A DNA stretch of 64,000 bases from an uncultured Woeseiaceae bacterium (GTDB lineage: Bacteria; Pseudomonadota; Gammaproteobacteria; Steroidobacterales; Woeseiaceae), in the NCBI GenBank assembly GCA_945788575.1, contig CALZMR010000001.1, forward strand, positions 1,181 through 65,180. Reading direction: 5' to 3'. Made by a program: the position numbers and the translations under genes. Below, piece by piece: positions 50,648 through 62,975 of the stretch (its first letter is position 1; every line of letters begins with the position of its first letter). The notes under the pieces are model-generated. The model saw nothing but the letters and a program-made list of their open reading frames with translations, ran no database searches and was not told the DNA's origin.

Positions 50648-51952
50648 TTACATTCCCGGCAGCGGGATCGGCATAGGTGCGCCGTTAACGGTCAGCAGTC
50701 CCTGCTTGTAGCGCGCTTCCATGACGTAGTTGTCCCCGTCATGCCGGAGGATGCCCATCGCAACCGCCATATTGGCGTCCGGATTCATGGCGGTCACCAT
50801 CTCATAGAGCGTCGCCGGGATGGTGAGGTCGGCCGATGCTTCCATGTCCAGCAGCACCGACGTCCAGACGAAGTTGTTCGGATCCGACTCGCCAACCGTG
50901 ACTTCGAACTTCGAGAGCAAGGTTCCCTGTGGCAGGCTGACGTCCAGCCGGTCGATCCGGAACGTTAGTCCGGCAGCTACCATACCGATGAGGTCACGCT
51001 CCATCGACGCGAACGCCATCATCGGGTCCGGATTGCCCTGCGCTGCCTCAAGCGCCTCCACTACATTGCCCAGCGATTCCGCGTCGAAGCCCTCGAGCGC
51101 CATCTCCAGATTCCAGCGGATGTCGCCGAGCGGCATGCCGGCCATGGCCATATCCATGCTGACGTCGGAATTGACCCGATCGCCGTCGAGCTCAGTCTTG
51201 CCCTCGACGTTGATCGGTCCCATCGACACGGTCTGGAAGCTTTCGGTGACGGTCATCGACGCTAGTGAAAACGCCATATCGCCCGTCGAGAAGCCGTACT
51301 CGGTCATCGTCGTGTCGGCCTTGATCTCTATCACGCCCATTTCCATGCTGCTGCCGTCAGCCGGGTTCGTGAACGTGAACGAGTCCATTCCACCGTCGAT
51401 CTCGATGCGGCCGCTGCTCGGATTGGCATCCACGCGCAGATCGGCGGCGCCCCAGCGGAAATCCTCGTAGGAGCCGGAGTCGAGGAAATAATGCGACGAG
51501 ATGCCCCCGCCAAGACCGACGTTCGAGTAGACCACGCCCGGGATCTCGAAAGATTCGCCGTCCTGCGTCTCGACGGTCATGGTTGAGACGGCACGGCCCA
51601 GCCCCGGCATGAGCGAGCCTTCCTCTCGCGTCACCGAGGTGACCGGAATAAGGCCGTGGTCCAGGCTGGTGTTGATCACGAGCGCGGGTCCGGCGTCGCC
51701 GGTGTTGAGCCCCAGCGCTTCACGGATAGTCGCGCCGGGCCCGGTCTGGCCGAGTTCGACGCGGTGCACGCCCTCCGAGGAAAACCAGCCGCGGTCGAAT
51801 CGCTCGGTCGTTACAATGACCTCCTGATTCTCTCTGGCCGCCCATTCGAGCTGTTCCTCGACACTCGATTCCGCCATGCGGCCAACGATGCCGGGCGAGA
51901 TAAGCACGACGAGTGCAAGAATAACCAGTAACGCAATAACGCCTTTTTTCAC
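50648..51952 (-). CDS. YdgA-like (DUF945) membrane-anchored protein
   Basis: A GTG start at 51952 gives VKKGVIALLVILALVVLISPG. RFDRGWFSSEG and the C-terminal YKQGLLTVNGAPMPIP resemble YdgA. Confidence 0.55.
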   Translation of the reverse strand: MKKGVIALLVILALVVLISPGIVGRMAESSVEEQLEWAARENQEVIVTTERFDRGWFSSEGVHRVELGQTGPGATIREALGLNTGDAGPALVINTSLDHGLIPVTSVTREEGSLMPGLGRAVSTMTVETQDGESFEIPGVVYSNVGLGGGISSHYFLDSGSYEDFRWGAADLRVDANPSSGRIEIDGGMDSFTFTNPADGSSMEMGVIEIKADTTMTEYGFSTGDMAFSLASMTVTESFQTVSMGPINVEGKTELDGDRVNSDVSMDMAMAGMPLGDIRWNLEMALEGFDAESLGNVVEALEAAQGNPDPMMAFASMERDLIGMVAAGLTFRIDRLDVSLPQGTLLSKFEVTVGESDPNNFVWTSVLLDMEASADLTIPATLYEMVTAMNPDANMAVAMGILRHDGDNYVMEARYKQGLLTVNGAPMPIPLPGM

Positions 51953-52174
51953 GATGGGGCCCCCAAGCTGACTGTCGTGACCCCGCAATGCTAGCAAACC
52001 GCGCCCCCAAAACGGCGACTCACGTCTAGAAACTGTCTCAAAGTCGTTCACAAGCACGCTGTGCGGATGCGAAATACCTTGAGCCAGGTTCTGGAATTTA
52101 TGGTCGAGTGGCTCTAACATAGCGCCACTCTCGCGGCCGGCTATCCCGGCCAACGCAACGTCCACAGATTCCAC

Positions 52175-52789
52175 ATGGTTACCAAGATGAAATTCGCATG
52201 GCCTCTGGCAGCGCTAATTATTCTGTCCTTGCATACCGCTGACGACGCCCTTGCAGAGGGTGATCCCGAAAGCGGTCAGGTGCTTGCCTACACATGTCTT
52301 GGATGCCACGGCATCGAGGGCTATCGCAACGCCTACCCGTCCTATCGTGTGCCGAAGCTCGGCGGTCAAAAGGCGGCCTATCTGGTCGCTGCCGTACAGG
52401 GCTATCGGGACGGCACACGGGCGCATCCGACGATGCAGGCTCAGGCGAATAGCCTGACCGATCAGGACATCGAAGATATCGCCGCCTACCTGGCGACGCT
52501 CGGTGCTGAAACCGTCGAGGCCGGCGGCAGTGAGGGCATCAGTCTCGAGGTTGCAGCGACCTGCGTGGCTTGTCACGGTCAGAACGGCATCGGCGTGTCG
52601 CCGCTGTGGCCGACGCTTGCCGGGCAGCACGAGGAGTATCTCGTCGCCGCGCTGAATCAGTACCGCGACGGTACGCGCAAGGACCCGGTCATGACACAGA
52701 TGGCTGCGGCGTTGTCGGACGCGGATGTGGCAATGCTCGCGCGTTATTACTCGAGCCTCGACGGTCTCGAGACCACCGAGCCCGAGTAG
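52175..52789 (+). CDS. dihaem cytochrome c4
   Basis: 204 aa with a signal peptide and two CxxCH sites (CLGCHG, CVACHG), each followed by a distal Met region. Confidence 0.85.
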   Translation: MVTKMKFAWPLAALIILSLHTADDALAEGDPESGQVLAYTCLGCHGIEGYRNAYPSYRVPKLGGQKAAYLVAAVQGYRDGTRAHPTMQAQANSLTDQDIEDIAAYLATLGAETVEAGGSEGISLEVAATCVACHGQNGIGVSPLWPTLAGQHEEYLVAALNQYRDGTRKDPVMTQMAAALSDADVAMLARYYSSLDGLETTEPE

Positions 52790-52801
52790 AAAGAGAGACC
52801 G

Positions 52802-53770
52802 TTGACGGAGCCTGTCGCGAGTATTCTGAGGCTCGATGACGGCATCGCTGCGATCGATACCGAATATATGCGCCCCCACATGGACGCAAGCCACCTGATC
52901 GTCGAGGGCGATCGCGCCGCGTTCGTGGACACCGGTGTAAACAGCGGCGTGCCGCTGCTCCTCGATGCGCTCAGGCGGACGGACCGGGATCCCGGTGACG
53001 TGGACTATGTCTTTCTGACCCACGTCCATCTCGATCATGCCGGCGGCGCCGGCCTGCTGATGCAACATTTACCGAACGCCCGCTGCGTACTGCATCCTCG
53101 CGGCGCCCCGCACATGATCGATCCGAGCAAGCTCATTGCCGGTACCGAAGCGGTCTACGGCAAAGACCAGGCGCAGGCCATGTACGGCACGATCCTCCCG
53201 ATCGACGCGGAGCGGGTGGTCGTTGCCGAAGACGAAGATCGTTTCGACCTCAACGGCCGCGAGTTGCAGGCCCTTCACACCGAAGGGCACGCCAGGCATC
53301 ACTACGTTCTTACTGATCCCGCGTCGCGGGGCCTGTTCACCGGCGACAGCTTCGGAATCTCCTATCGTGATTTCGACACGGCAGCCGGCGAGTTCATCTA
53401 CCCGACGACGACGCCGATCGATTTCGATCCGGTCGAGGCGCACAAGTCCATCGACCGAATCATGGGCTGCGAACCTGAGCGCTTGTACCTCACCCATTAC
53501 AGTCAGGTTACCGACCTCGATCGTCTTGCCGATGACATGCACAACGATATCGATGCGTTAGTCGCGCTCGCCGAGAGCCTGGAAAACAGCGAGGAAAGGC
53601 TGTCGTCAATCGAGGCAGGTATGTTCGCGCACTGGTGGACCCGACTGCAGGAACACGGCTACGCCGGCGGTCGCGACGAGGCATGGGCAGTCGTCGAGAT
53701 GGACGTCAAACTGAATTCGATGGGCCTCGACGTCTGGCTGACGCGTCGCGCCAAAGCCGCCGCCAACTAG
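52802..53770 (+). CDS. MBL-fold metallo-hydrolase
   Basis: 322 aa with THVHLDHAGG (HxHxDH). The start is TTG. Confidence 0.8.
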   Translation: MTEPVASILRLDDGIAAIDTEYMRPHMDASHLIVEGDRAAFVDTGVNSGVPLLLDALRRTDRDPGDVDYVFLTHVHLDHAGGAGLLMQHLPNARCVLHPRGAPHMIDPSKLIAGTEAVYGKDQAQAMYGTILPIDAERVVVAEDEDRFDLNGRELQALHTEGHARHHYVLTDPASRGLFTGDSFGISYRDFDTAAGEFIYPTTTPIDFDPVEAHKSIDRIMGCEPERLYLTHYSQVTDLDRLADDMHNDIDALVALAESLENSEERLSSIEAGMFAHWWTRLQEHGYAGGRDEAWAVVEMDVKLNSMGLDVWLTRRAKAAAN

Positions 53771-53786
53771 CACTACGGAGCACATC

Positions 53787-54797
53787 GTGGACCCATTTCG
53801 CGCATTCAGGATCGATGAGCAGGACGGCAAGATCGTCGCGGGCTTTCAGCGCCTCTCCGTCGACGAGCTTACCGAGGGCAACGTCGTCGTCCGCGTCAGC
53901 CACTCGACGATCAACTACAAGGACGCGCTGGCGGCCACCGGCGCCGGCAGGATCCTACGCAAGTTCCCGCTGAACGGCGGCATCGATCTCGCGGGCGTGG
54001 TCGTGAGCTCCGAGGACGAGGAGTTTCAGCCGGGGGCCGTCGTGCTCGTAAACGGTTGCGGGCTGTCCGAGACCGTCGACGGCGGTTACTCCGAATACGC
54101 TCGGATCGACAGCGGAAGCCTGGTGCCGGTACCGGAAGGCCTGACGCCCGCCGAGGCGATGCAGATTGGCACCGCCGGTTACACGGCGGCACTCGCGATC
54201 CACCGCATGGAACAAAACGGCCAGCGCCCCGAGAACGGGCCGGTCGTCGTGACCGGAGCGACAGGAGGCGTAGGCAGCCTGGCGATCGACATGCTGGCGG
54301 GACGCGGCTACGAGGTTGCGGCCCTCACCGGAAAGGCCGAGGAAGGCGAGTATCTGCGCGAGATCGGTGCGCGGCAAATCCTGCTCCGAGACGAACTGAA
54401 CGTCGGCAAGCGGCCGCTGGAGAAAGCGCTGTGGGCGGGCGGCATCGACAACCTGGGGGGTGACTATCTCGCATGGTTGCTGCGCACGACCGACTACGGC
54501 GGCAATGTGGCGAGCATCGGTCTGGCCTCGAGCCCGAAACTGGAGACGACGGTGATCCCGTTCATTCTCCGCGCGGTATGCCTGTTGGGCATTAACTCGG
54601 TGGACACGCCGCGCGACCTGCGGCTCGCCGTATGGAAGCGTATTGCGGGCGACCTGCGTCCGAGCCATCTCGACCGCATCGGCCATACGACCATTTCGTT
54701 CGACGAATTGCCGGGCGCGTTCCAGGCGTATCTCGACGGCAGCGTGACCGGGCGTGTCGTCGTAGAGATCGGCAAGACGTCTGTCGGGGAGGCATAG
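53787..54797 (+). CDS. acuI: YhdH/AcuI-family NADPH-dependent quinone/acryloyl-CoA reductase
   Basis: 336 aa, colinear with YhdH (SLNYKDAL-like STINYKDALAATG, PGIDLAG-like GGIDLAG, VVVTGATGGVGS, PFILR). Confidence 0.8.
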   Translation: MDPFRAFRIDEQDGKIVAGFQRLSVDELTEGNVVVRVSHSTINYKDALAATGAGRILRKFPLNGGIDLAGVVVSSEDEEFQPGAVVLVNGCGLSETVDGGYSEYARIDSGSLVPVPEGLTPAEAMQIGTAGYTAALAIHRMEQNGQRPENGPVVVTGATGGVGSLAIDMLAGRGYEVAALTGKAEEGEYLREIGARQILLRDELNVGKRPLEKALWAGGIDNLGGDYLAWLLRTTDYGGNVASIGLASSPKLETTVIPFILRAVCLLGINSVDTPRDLRLAVWKRIAGDLRPSHLDRIGHTTISFDELPGAFQAYLDGSVTGRVVVEIGKTSVGEA

Positions 54798-55133
54798 ATG
54801 GAGCTCAATAAGGAAGAACTCGATACCCTGACCGGGGCCTTGCGTCACAGAAAGAAGCGCAGAGTGTTCTTTTGGGTGACGACAGTTCTCGCGATCGGCC
54901 TCTACGCGATGCTCACCTACGCAGTCGAACCACTCGAGTTCGAGAAATTCGAGTTCGCGGAAGGTTTACTCCTCGGGGCAATCGTAGCGACGTGTCTTGC
55001 ATGGCAGGTGGGCTGGACCGACAGAGAAAGAGAAGACGAACTGATCAAAATAATACTCCGCTTCGTCAATCACGATTCAGAGGCCATGGAACAGCTTTCC
55101 GCAAAGCACGGGCTTGGAAACATCGAGGTCTGA
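54798..55133 (+). CDS. small two-TM membrane protein, paralog A
   Basis: 111 aa. The ATG immediately follows the acuI stop. The C-terminal motif is ILRFVNHDSEAMEQLSAKHGLG. Confidence 0.5.
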   Translation: MELNKEELDTLTGALRHRKKRRVFFWVTTVLAIGLYAMLTYAVEPLEFEKFEFAEGLLLGAIVATCLAWQVGWTDREREDELIKIILRFVNHDSEAMEQLSAKHGLGNIEV

Positions 55134-55139
55134 TCATCA

Positions 55140-55159
55140 CCCCTGCGCACCCCTGCGCA
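55140..55159. repeat. 10-bp tandem repeat (cccctgcgca x2) ending in the palindrome ccctgcgcaggg
   Basis: Read directly from the sequence, between the two small paralogs. Confidence 0.75.
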
Positions 55160-55190
55160 GGGCTGTCGCAGACAGACCATGGAGACAGCG

Positions 55191-55535
55191 ATGACGCTGA
55201 GCGACGAGGAGATCAAGTTTCTGACGAAGACGCTACGCCGCAGATAGCGCCGCGACTATCTGATCTCGTGGGTCTTTTCGGCCTTCTTCATGGGCATGTT
55301 CCTGGCTGCGCTAACGGCAACTGGAGTCCAGCAAACACCGGACCCGGTCATGATGGTCTTGATGGCGCTCTTTCTGGGTCTGGGTCTGGCAAGCTCAGGA
55401 TTTGCCTGGATCGACTGGGCTCGCGAGTCGCGGCGACGGAAGTTGCTCGCGGTAACGCTGCGATTCATCAATAACGACCCCGAAGTGCTGCAACAGCTTT
55501 CCGCAAAGCACGGCTTAGGCGATCTCAGCGCATGA
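55191..55535 (+). pseudogene. small two-TM membrane protein, paralog B, interrupted by an in-frame TAG at codon 19 (55245-55247)
   Basis: ATG 55191 has a GGAGA RBS. The frame aligns with paralog A before and after the TAG (MTLSDEEIKFLTKTLRRR*RRDYLISW... TLRFINNDPEVLQQLSAKHGLG). Confidence 0.5.
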
Positions 55536-55603
55536 TTCCGATGGAGAGGCGCCGGGCACTTCCCGTATACAGCCTCCGGGCACCGAGCAACTCAACCAGG
55601 TTC

Positions 55604-55639
55604 GACCTCGTTTCCCGAACTCTGACGCGGCCGCGCAGG
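55604..55639. repeat. GC-rich REP-like element, copy 1 (gacctcg...ttcccgaactctgacgcggccgcgcag)
   Basis: It shares ttcccgRRYtctgacgcggccgcgcag with 55694-55737 and contains the palindrome cgcggccgcg. Confidence 0.6.
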
Positions 55640-55693
55640 CAAAGAAGGTCGTAGTGGCCGGAGTCTCTCGCGGCCAAAATAACAAGAAACCGA

Positions 55694-55737
55694 GACCTCG
55701 ACCCGCCTTCCCGGGTTCTGACGCGGCCGCGCAGCGG
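55694..55737. repeat. GC-rich REP-like element, copy 2
   Basis: Reads gacctcgacccgccttcccgggttctgacgcggccgcgcag. See copy 1. Confidence 0.6.
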
Positions 55738-55770
55738 GCGGCGCAGAACGTCTGCGTAGGCGTAGTAGTC

Positions 55771-55798
55771 TGTTGCGGCCGCAAAGCGGCCGGCAACA
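55771..55798. repeat. strong GC hairpin (12 bp with one bulge, AAA loop)
   Basis: tgttgcggccgc-aaa-gcggccggcaaca. Confidence 0.6.
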
Positions 55799-55867
55799 GC
55801 AGTACGTCAACGAAGCCACCAACCCATTTGGGAATGGAGCATGCGGTGCGATAGAATCCCGCCCCCG

Positions 55868-55894
55868 CCGGATTTTAATCTCGATTAAAACCGG
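55868..55894. promoter_or_regulatory. AT-rich imperfect palindrome upstream of prpB, a candidate operator
   Basis: ccggATTTTAATctcgATTAAAAccgg lies about 30 nt upstream of the prpB ATG. Confidence 0.35.
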
Positions 55895-55922
55895 TCAGAT
55901 CCAGTTTCTTTAAGGATTGTCC

Positions 55923-56813
55923 ATGAGTGCAGGAGCACGTTTCCGAGCCGCACTCGAGGCGGAGCGTCCGCTTCAGATAGTCGGCACCATCAATGCCTAT
56001 ACCGCCTTGCTCGCAGAGCGCGCGGACCACAAGGCCATTTATCTCTCCGGCGCGGGCGTCGCCAATGCCTCGTTTGGCCTGCCGGATCTCGCAATGACGA
56101 CGCTGAACGACGTCTGTGAGGACATCCGCCGCATTTCTTCCGCTACCGACCTGCCGCTTCTTGTCGATGCCGACACGGGTTGGGGCAGCGCGTTCATGAT
56201 CTCCCGCACGATCCGCGAGATGATCTGGGCGGGTGCCGCCGGCTGCCACCTGGAGGATCAGGTCGCCGTGAAGCGTTGCGGCCACCGGCCCGGCAAGGCG
56301 CTGGTCGACAAGGACGAGATGTGCGACCGGCTGAAGGCGGCGGTCGATGGCCGGATTGACGACGACTTCGTGATCATGGCGCGCACCGACGCGCATGCCG
56401 TCGAGGGACAACAGGCTGCTCTCGATCGCGCCGCCGCTTACGTCGAGGCCGGAGCCGATATGATCTTTGCCGAGGCGCTGACGACGCTGGACGAGTACCG
56501 GCAGTTCACCGACTCCATCAACGCACCGGTGCTCGCCAATCTGACGGAATTCGGCAAGACGCCGCTGTTTACGACCGAGGAGCTGGCGGACGCTGGCGTG
56601 TCAATGACGCTGTATCCGTTGAGTGCGTTCCGCGCAATGTCGAAGGCGGCGCTCGACGTTTACACGACGATCAGGGACGAAGGCACGCAAAAGGCTGTCG
56701 TCGACTCGATGCAGACGCGCGACGAGCTATACGACGTGCTCGACTACAAAGCATACGAAGACAAACTCGACGCGCTGTTCGCCGAGCAAGGATTGAAGAC
56801 AGGAAAGAACTAG
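55923..56813 (+). CDS. prpB: 2-methylisocitrate lyase
   Basis: 296 aa from ATG 55923 (RBS AAGGA) with ISGAGVA-like [24 protein letters not shown] and KRCGHRPGK. Confidence 0.92.
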   Translation: MSAGARFRAALEAERPLQIVGTINAYTALLAERADHKAIYLSGAGVANASFGLPDLAMTTLNDVCEDIRRISSATDLPLLVDADTGWGSAFMISRTIREMIWAGAAGCHLEDQVAVKRCGHRPGKALVDKDEMCDRLKAAVDGRIDDDFVIMARTDAHAVEGQQAALDRAAAYVEAGADMIFAEALTTLDEYRQFTDSINAPVLANLTEFGKTPLFTTEELADAGVSMTLYPLSAFRAMSKAALDVYTTIRDEGTQKAVVDSMQTRDELYDVLDYKAYEDKLDALFAEQGLKTGKN

Positions 56814-56838
56814 ACTCCATCTGGGAGGAGAGAAATAT

Positions 56839-57960
56839 ATGGCCGCGAAAAAGACGGGTGGATTAGCCGGCATCAGTGCCGGAACGACACATTTGTGCAC
56901 GGTCGGCAAGGAAGGCGCGGGACTGACGTACTGCGGCTACGATATTTACGATCTTGCCGACAACGCATCGTTCGAGGAGGTTGCGTACCTGTTGCTGCGA
57001 GGCGAACTGCCGACGCAGTCGCAGCTCGACGAGTACGTCGCGAAGATCAAGAGTAAGCGCGGTCTGCCGGACGCGCTCAAAGTCGTCCTCGAGATGGTGC
57101 CCGGAGACGCGCATCCGATGGACGTGCTTCGCACGGGCGTGTCCTTCCTCGGCAACATCGAGCCCGAGGGTGATTTCTCCAACCAGCTCGACACGGCCGA
57201 CCGGCTGGTCGCCTGCCTGCCATCGATGCTGATCTACTGGCACCGCTTCCACACTGACGGCACGCGCATCGATACGGAAACCGACGACGACAGCGTCGCC
57301 GGGCACTTCCTGCACATGCTGCACGGCAAAGCGCCGAGTGAGATGCATCGCAAGTCGCTCGACACGACGCTGATCCTCTACGCGGAACACGAATTCAATG
57401 CGTCGACGTTTGCTGGGCGAGTCATCACCGCGACGCTCTCGGATATGCACTCCGCGGTTGCCGGCGCGATCGGCGCACTGCGCGGCCCGCTTCACGGCGG
57501 CGCCAACGAGGCGGCCATGGAGCTGATCTCGCGTTTCGACTCGCCGGAAGCGGCCGATGCGGGCGTGCGCGAAATGCTCGCGAACAAAGCGCTGATCATG
57601 GGCTTCGGGCACCGCGTGTATACAACGTCCGATCCGCGAAACGCCGTGAACAAGAAAATGTCGAAGGCGCTGGCCGACGAAGTCGGGGACACGGTTCTGT
57701 ATCCGGTCTCCGAGGTCGTCGAGAAGATCATGTGGGACGAGAAGAAGCTGTTCGCGAACGCGGACTTTTACGCCGCCACGGTCTATCACTTCATGGGCAT
57801 ACCCACGCACCTGTTCACGCCGATCTTCGTCTGCTCGCGCATCACGGGGTGGGCCGCGCATGTCATGGAACAGCGCGCGGACAACAAGCTCATCCGGCCG
57901 GCGGCTGAATACATCGGCCCAGCCCTCAAAGCGTGGACGCCCATCGAAGAGCGCGGCTGA
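56839..57960 (+). CDS. prpC: 2-methylcitrate synthase
   Basis: 373 aa, citrate-synthase family (GLAGISAGTT, LYAEHEFNASTF, GPLHGGANE, MGFGHRVY) in the prp context. Confidence 0.92.
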   Translation: MAAKKTGGLAGISAGTTHLCTVGKEGAGLTYCGYDIYDLADNASFEEVAYLLLRGELPTQSQLDEYVAKIKSKRGLPDALKVVLEMVPGDAHPMDVLRTGVSFLGNIEPEGDFSNQLDTADRLVACLPSMLIYWHRFHTDGTRIDTETDDDSVAGHFLHMLHGKAPSEMHRKSLDTTLILYAEHEFNASTFAGRVITATLSDMHSAVAGAIGALRGPLHGGANEAAMELISRFDSPEAADAGVREMLANKALIMGFGHRVYTTSDPRNAVNKKMSKALADEVGDTVLYPVSEVVEKIMWDEKKLFANADFYAATVYHFMGIPTHLFTPIFVCSRITGWAAHVMEQRADNKLIRPAAEYIGPALKAWTPIEERG

Positions 57961-58031
57961 CGCCTCACTAACGCACCTGTCGGGCCCGGCTCTTGCCGGG
58001 CCCGCACTCAAACACTCACCGGAAAACATTC

Positions 58032-59480
58032 ATGTCCAACGTCGATATCCGCTCGGCTAAACGCGCCGACTGGGACCAGGTTCTCGTCGACATCGCCGAC
58101 TACGTCTGCGATTACGAAGTCACCTCCGATCTCGCCTACGAGACTGCGCACAACTGCCTGCTCGATACGCTGGCCTGCGGCTTTCAGGCACTCGACTATC
58201 CGGCCTGCACGAAGTTGCTGGGCCCGGTAGTGCCCGGGGCGACGCTACCGGGCGGCGCGCGAGTTCCCGGTACGTCCTACGAACTCGAACCCGTAATGGC
58301 CGCGTTCAACATAGGAGCGATGAATCGCTGGCTCGACTTCAACGACACCTGGCTCGCCGCGGAGTGGGGACACCCGTCCGACAACCTGGGCGGCATTCTC
58401 GCCGTTGCCGATTATCTTAGCCGCCAGGCCCGCGCCGAAGGACGAGACCCGCTGAGCATGCAGGACGTGCTGACGGCGATGATCAAGGCGCACGAAATCC
58501 AGGGCGTGCTCGCGCTCGAGAACAGCTACAACCGCGTCGGCCTGGATCACGTGCTGCTCGTTCGGGTGGCGTCAACGGCTGTCGTGGCACGCATGTTCGG
58601 CGGCGACCGGGAGACCGTGCGCAACGCCGTGTCCAACGCCTGGATCGACGGCTGCTCGCTCAGAACCTATCGTCATGCGCCGAACACCGGCTCGCGCAAG
58701 AGCTGGGCGGCCGGCGATGCCACCAGCCGCGCCGTGCGCCTCGCGCTGATCGCGATGACCGGCGAGATGGGCTATCCGTCGGCGCTCAGCGCGACGACCT
58801 GGGGCTACTACGATGTCCTGTTCAAGGGCAATGAGTTCAAGCTCAGCCAGCCCTACGGCAGCTACGTAATGGAGAACGTGCTGTTCAAGATTTCCTTCCC
58901 GGCGGAATTCCATTCGCAGACGGCGGTCGAAGCTGCCATGGTGCTGCACGAGTCGGTCAAAGATCGCATCGACGAAATCGACAAGATCGTCATCGAGACC
59001 CAGGAAGCCGGGGTACGCATCATCGACAAGACCGGGCCGCTCGATAATCCGGCCGACCGCGATCACTGCATCCAGTACATGGTCGCGGTTCCGCTGATCT
59101 TCGGGCGGCTCACGGCAGCGGACTACGAAGACGAGATCGCCGCCGATCCGCGCATCGACGCCCTCCGCGAGAAGATGACGGTGTGCGAGAACGTACGCTA
59201 TACGAAGGACTACTTCGATCCCGAGCTTCGCTACATCGGCAATGCCGTGCAGGTATTCTTCAAGGACGGCTCGAGCAGCGACCGCGTCCAGATTCACGCG
59301 CCGATCGGCCATCGGGAGCGCCGAGAGGAGGGCATTCCGGTTCTGCTTCGCAAATTCGTCGACAGCGTATCGCCGAAACTCGCGGCGGCACAGTGGTCGG
59401 AGCTCGAGACGCTTGCCAACGATCGCGACAAACTTGCGGCGACCGCGGTAGACGACTTCATGGCGCTGCTCGTAGCCTAA
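58032..59480 (+). CDS. prpD: 2-methylcitrate dehydratase
   Basis: 482 aa from ATG 58032, MmgE/PrpD family ([44 protein letters not shown]). Confidence 0.92.
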   Translation: MSNVDIRSAKRADWDQVLVDIADYVCDYEVTSDLAYETAHNCLLDTLACGFQALDYPACTKLLGPVVPGATLPGGARVPGTSYELEPVMAAFNIGAMNRWLDFNDTWLAAEWGHPSDNLGGILAVADYLSRQARAEGRDPLSMQDVLTAMIKAHEIQGVLALENSYNRVGLDHVLLVRVASTAVVARMFGGDRETVRNAVSNAWIDGCSLRTYRHAPNTGSRKSWAAGDATSRAVRLALIAMTGEMGYPSALSATTWGYYDVLFKGNEFKLSQPYGSYVMENVLFKISFPAEFHSQTAVEAAMVLHESVKDRIDEIDKIVIETQEAGVRIIDKTGPLDNPADRDHCIQYMVAVPLIFGRLTAADYEDEIAADPRIDALREKMTVCENVRYTKDYFDPELRYIGNAVQVFFKDGSSSDRVQIHAPIGHRERREEGIPVLLRKFVDSVSPKLAAAQWSELETLANDRDKLAATAVDDFMALLVA

Positions 59481-59509
59481 GGCTTGGGCTCAATACCAGG
59501 AGAAAGATA

Positions 59510-61474
<1,965 letters not shown>

Positions 61475-61480
61475 TACGCA

Positions 61481-61500
61481 GGCGCGGCCCTTGCCGCGCC
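61481..61500. terminator. 8-bp GC hairpin just after the S9 peptidase stop (no U-tract)
   Basis: ggcgcggc-cctt-gccgcgcc. Confidence 0.4.
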
Positions 61501-61514
61501 CGGGTCGACATCGC

Positions 61515-62150
61515 GTGAATACCAGCAGGATCGAAAAAGCACTGGGTGAACTGGGCGGGGCATACGATGCCGAGTGCCCGGCACGCTTCGCGACGCTGTT
61601 GAGCGAACTCGAGCGATGGGCCGCGCGGATCAATCTCACCGCGATTCGCGACTCGTCGAAGATGGTGTCGCTGCACCTGCTCGACAGCCTGGTCGCGAGG
61701 CCCTTGCTGCACGGCAGACGCGTGCTCGATGTCGGGACGGGCGCCGGTTTCCCAGGGCTGCCGCTCGCCATCGCCGAGCCCGAGCGGGAATTCACACTGC
61801 TCGACAGCAACAACAGGAAGATTATGTTCGTTCAACATGTCGCTGGCCTGCTGGGGCTCGACAACGTCGAGGCCGTCAAGGCACGCATCGAAGACTATGC
61901 ACCCGGGCACCGCTTTGATACCGTGATTGCCCGGGCAGTCGCGACCGTGCCGAGGCTGCTGGAGATCGCCGGACATCACGTAGGAGAGGACGGGGTGTTC
62001 GTCGCGCTGAAAGGGCGCGACCCGACAGAAGAATTAGAGTCCCTGCCCGCCGATTGGGGATACGAGGTCAGGCCGCTGGACGTGCCCGGTCTCGAGCAAG
62101 GCTCGCGTAGTGCCGTAGTGCTGCGCCGAGGGCGGGCAACCAGGGAATAA
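61515..62150 (+). CDS. rsmG: 16S rRNA (guanine527-N7)-methyltransferase RsmG (GidB)
   Basis: NLTAIRDSSKMVSLHLLDSL, VLDVGTGAGFPGLPLAI and VIARAVA. GTG 61515 is preferred over TTG 61491, which lies inside the upstream hairpin. Confidence 0.9.
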   Translation: MNTSRIEKALGELGGAYDAECPARFATLLSELERWAARINLTAIRDSSKMVSLHLLDSLVARPLLHGRRVLDVGTGAGFPGLPLAIAEPEREFTLLDSNNRKIMFVQHVAGLLGLDNVEAVKARIEDYAPGHRFDTVIARAVATVPRLLEIAGHHVGEDGVFVALKGRDPTEELESLPADWGYEVRPLDVPGLEQGSRSAVVLRRGRATRE

Positions 62151-62156
62151 CGACGT

Positions 62157-62942
62157 ATGACACGCATCATTGCCGTAGCAAATCAGAAAGGCGGGGTCGG
62201 GAAGACGACGACCTGCGTCAATCTTGCGGCGTCGCTCGCGGCGACGCAGCGCCGCGTGTTGCTCGTCGACATGGATCCGCAGGGTAATGCCACGATGGGC
62301 TGTGGCGTCGATAAGTCGAACGTCGAGTATTCCGCGTGCGATGTGCTTCTCGGCGAAGCGACGGCCGCGGACACGATCGTATCTCCGCCTGAGGGCGGCT
62401 TCGCCGTACTGCCCGGCAATGACGATCTGACGCTCGCCGAGGTGACGCTCCTGCAGGAAATCGGCCGGGAGATGAAGCTCAGGAAGGCGCTGGAGCCGGT
62501 CGTCGGCCTTTACGACTTCGTGCTCATCGACTGCCCGCCTTCGATCAACATGCTGACCATAAACGCCCTGACGGCCGCGGACGGCGTGCTGATTCCGATG
62601 CAGTGCGAGTACTACGCGCTCGAGGGTTTGAGCGCGCTGCTGGACACGATCGGAAAGGTGCGCGATACGGTGAACCCGAATCTCGTCGTGTACGGAATTC
62701 TCAGGACCATGTTCGACCCGCGTATCAATCTGTCGAACGAGGTCTCGATGCAGCTCATCGAGCACTTCGATAAGACGGTCTTCCGAACCGTTATTCCGAG
62801 GAACATCCGGCTCGCCGAGGCGCCCAGTTTCGGCCGCCCGGTTCTGCTGCACGATCGCTCCTCGCGCGGGGCCATCTCCTACCTCGCGCTCGCCGGCGAG
62901 GTGCTGCGCCGTGAGGACGCACGTGTCGCGCAGGCCGTATAG
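62157..62942 (+). CDS. parA: chromosome partitioning ATPase ParA (Soj)
   Basis: 261 aa with the deviant Walker A NQKGGVGKTTT, followed by LIDCPPS. Confidence 0.93.
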   Translation: MTRIIAVANQKGGVGKTTTCVNLAASLAATQRRVLLVDMDPQGNATMGCGVDKSNVEYSACDVLLGEATAADTIVSPPEGGFAVLPGNDDLTLAEVTLLQEIGREMKLRKALEPVVGLYDFVLIDCPPSINMLTINALTAADGVLIPMQCEYYALEGLSALLDTIGKVRDTVNPNLVVYGILRTMFDPRINLSNEVSMQLIEHFDKTVFRTVIPRNIRLAEAPSFGRPVLLHDRSSRGAISYLALAGEVLRREDARVAQAV

Positions 62943-62975
62943 AATGTGCCGCCCCTGCGTATGGATGATCGGTCG

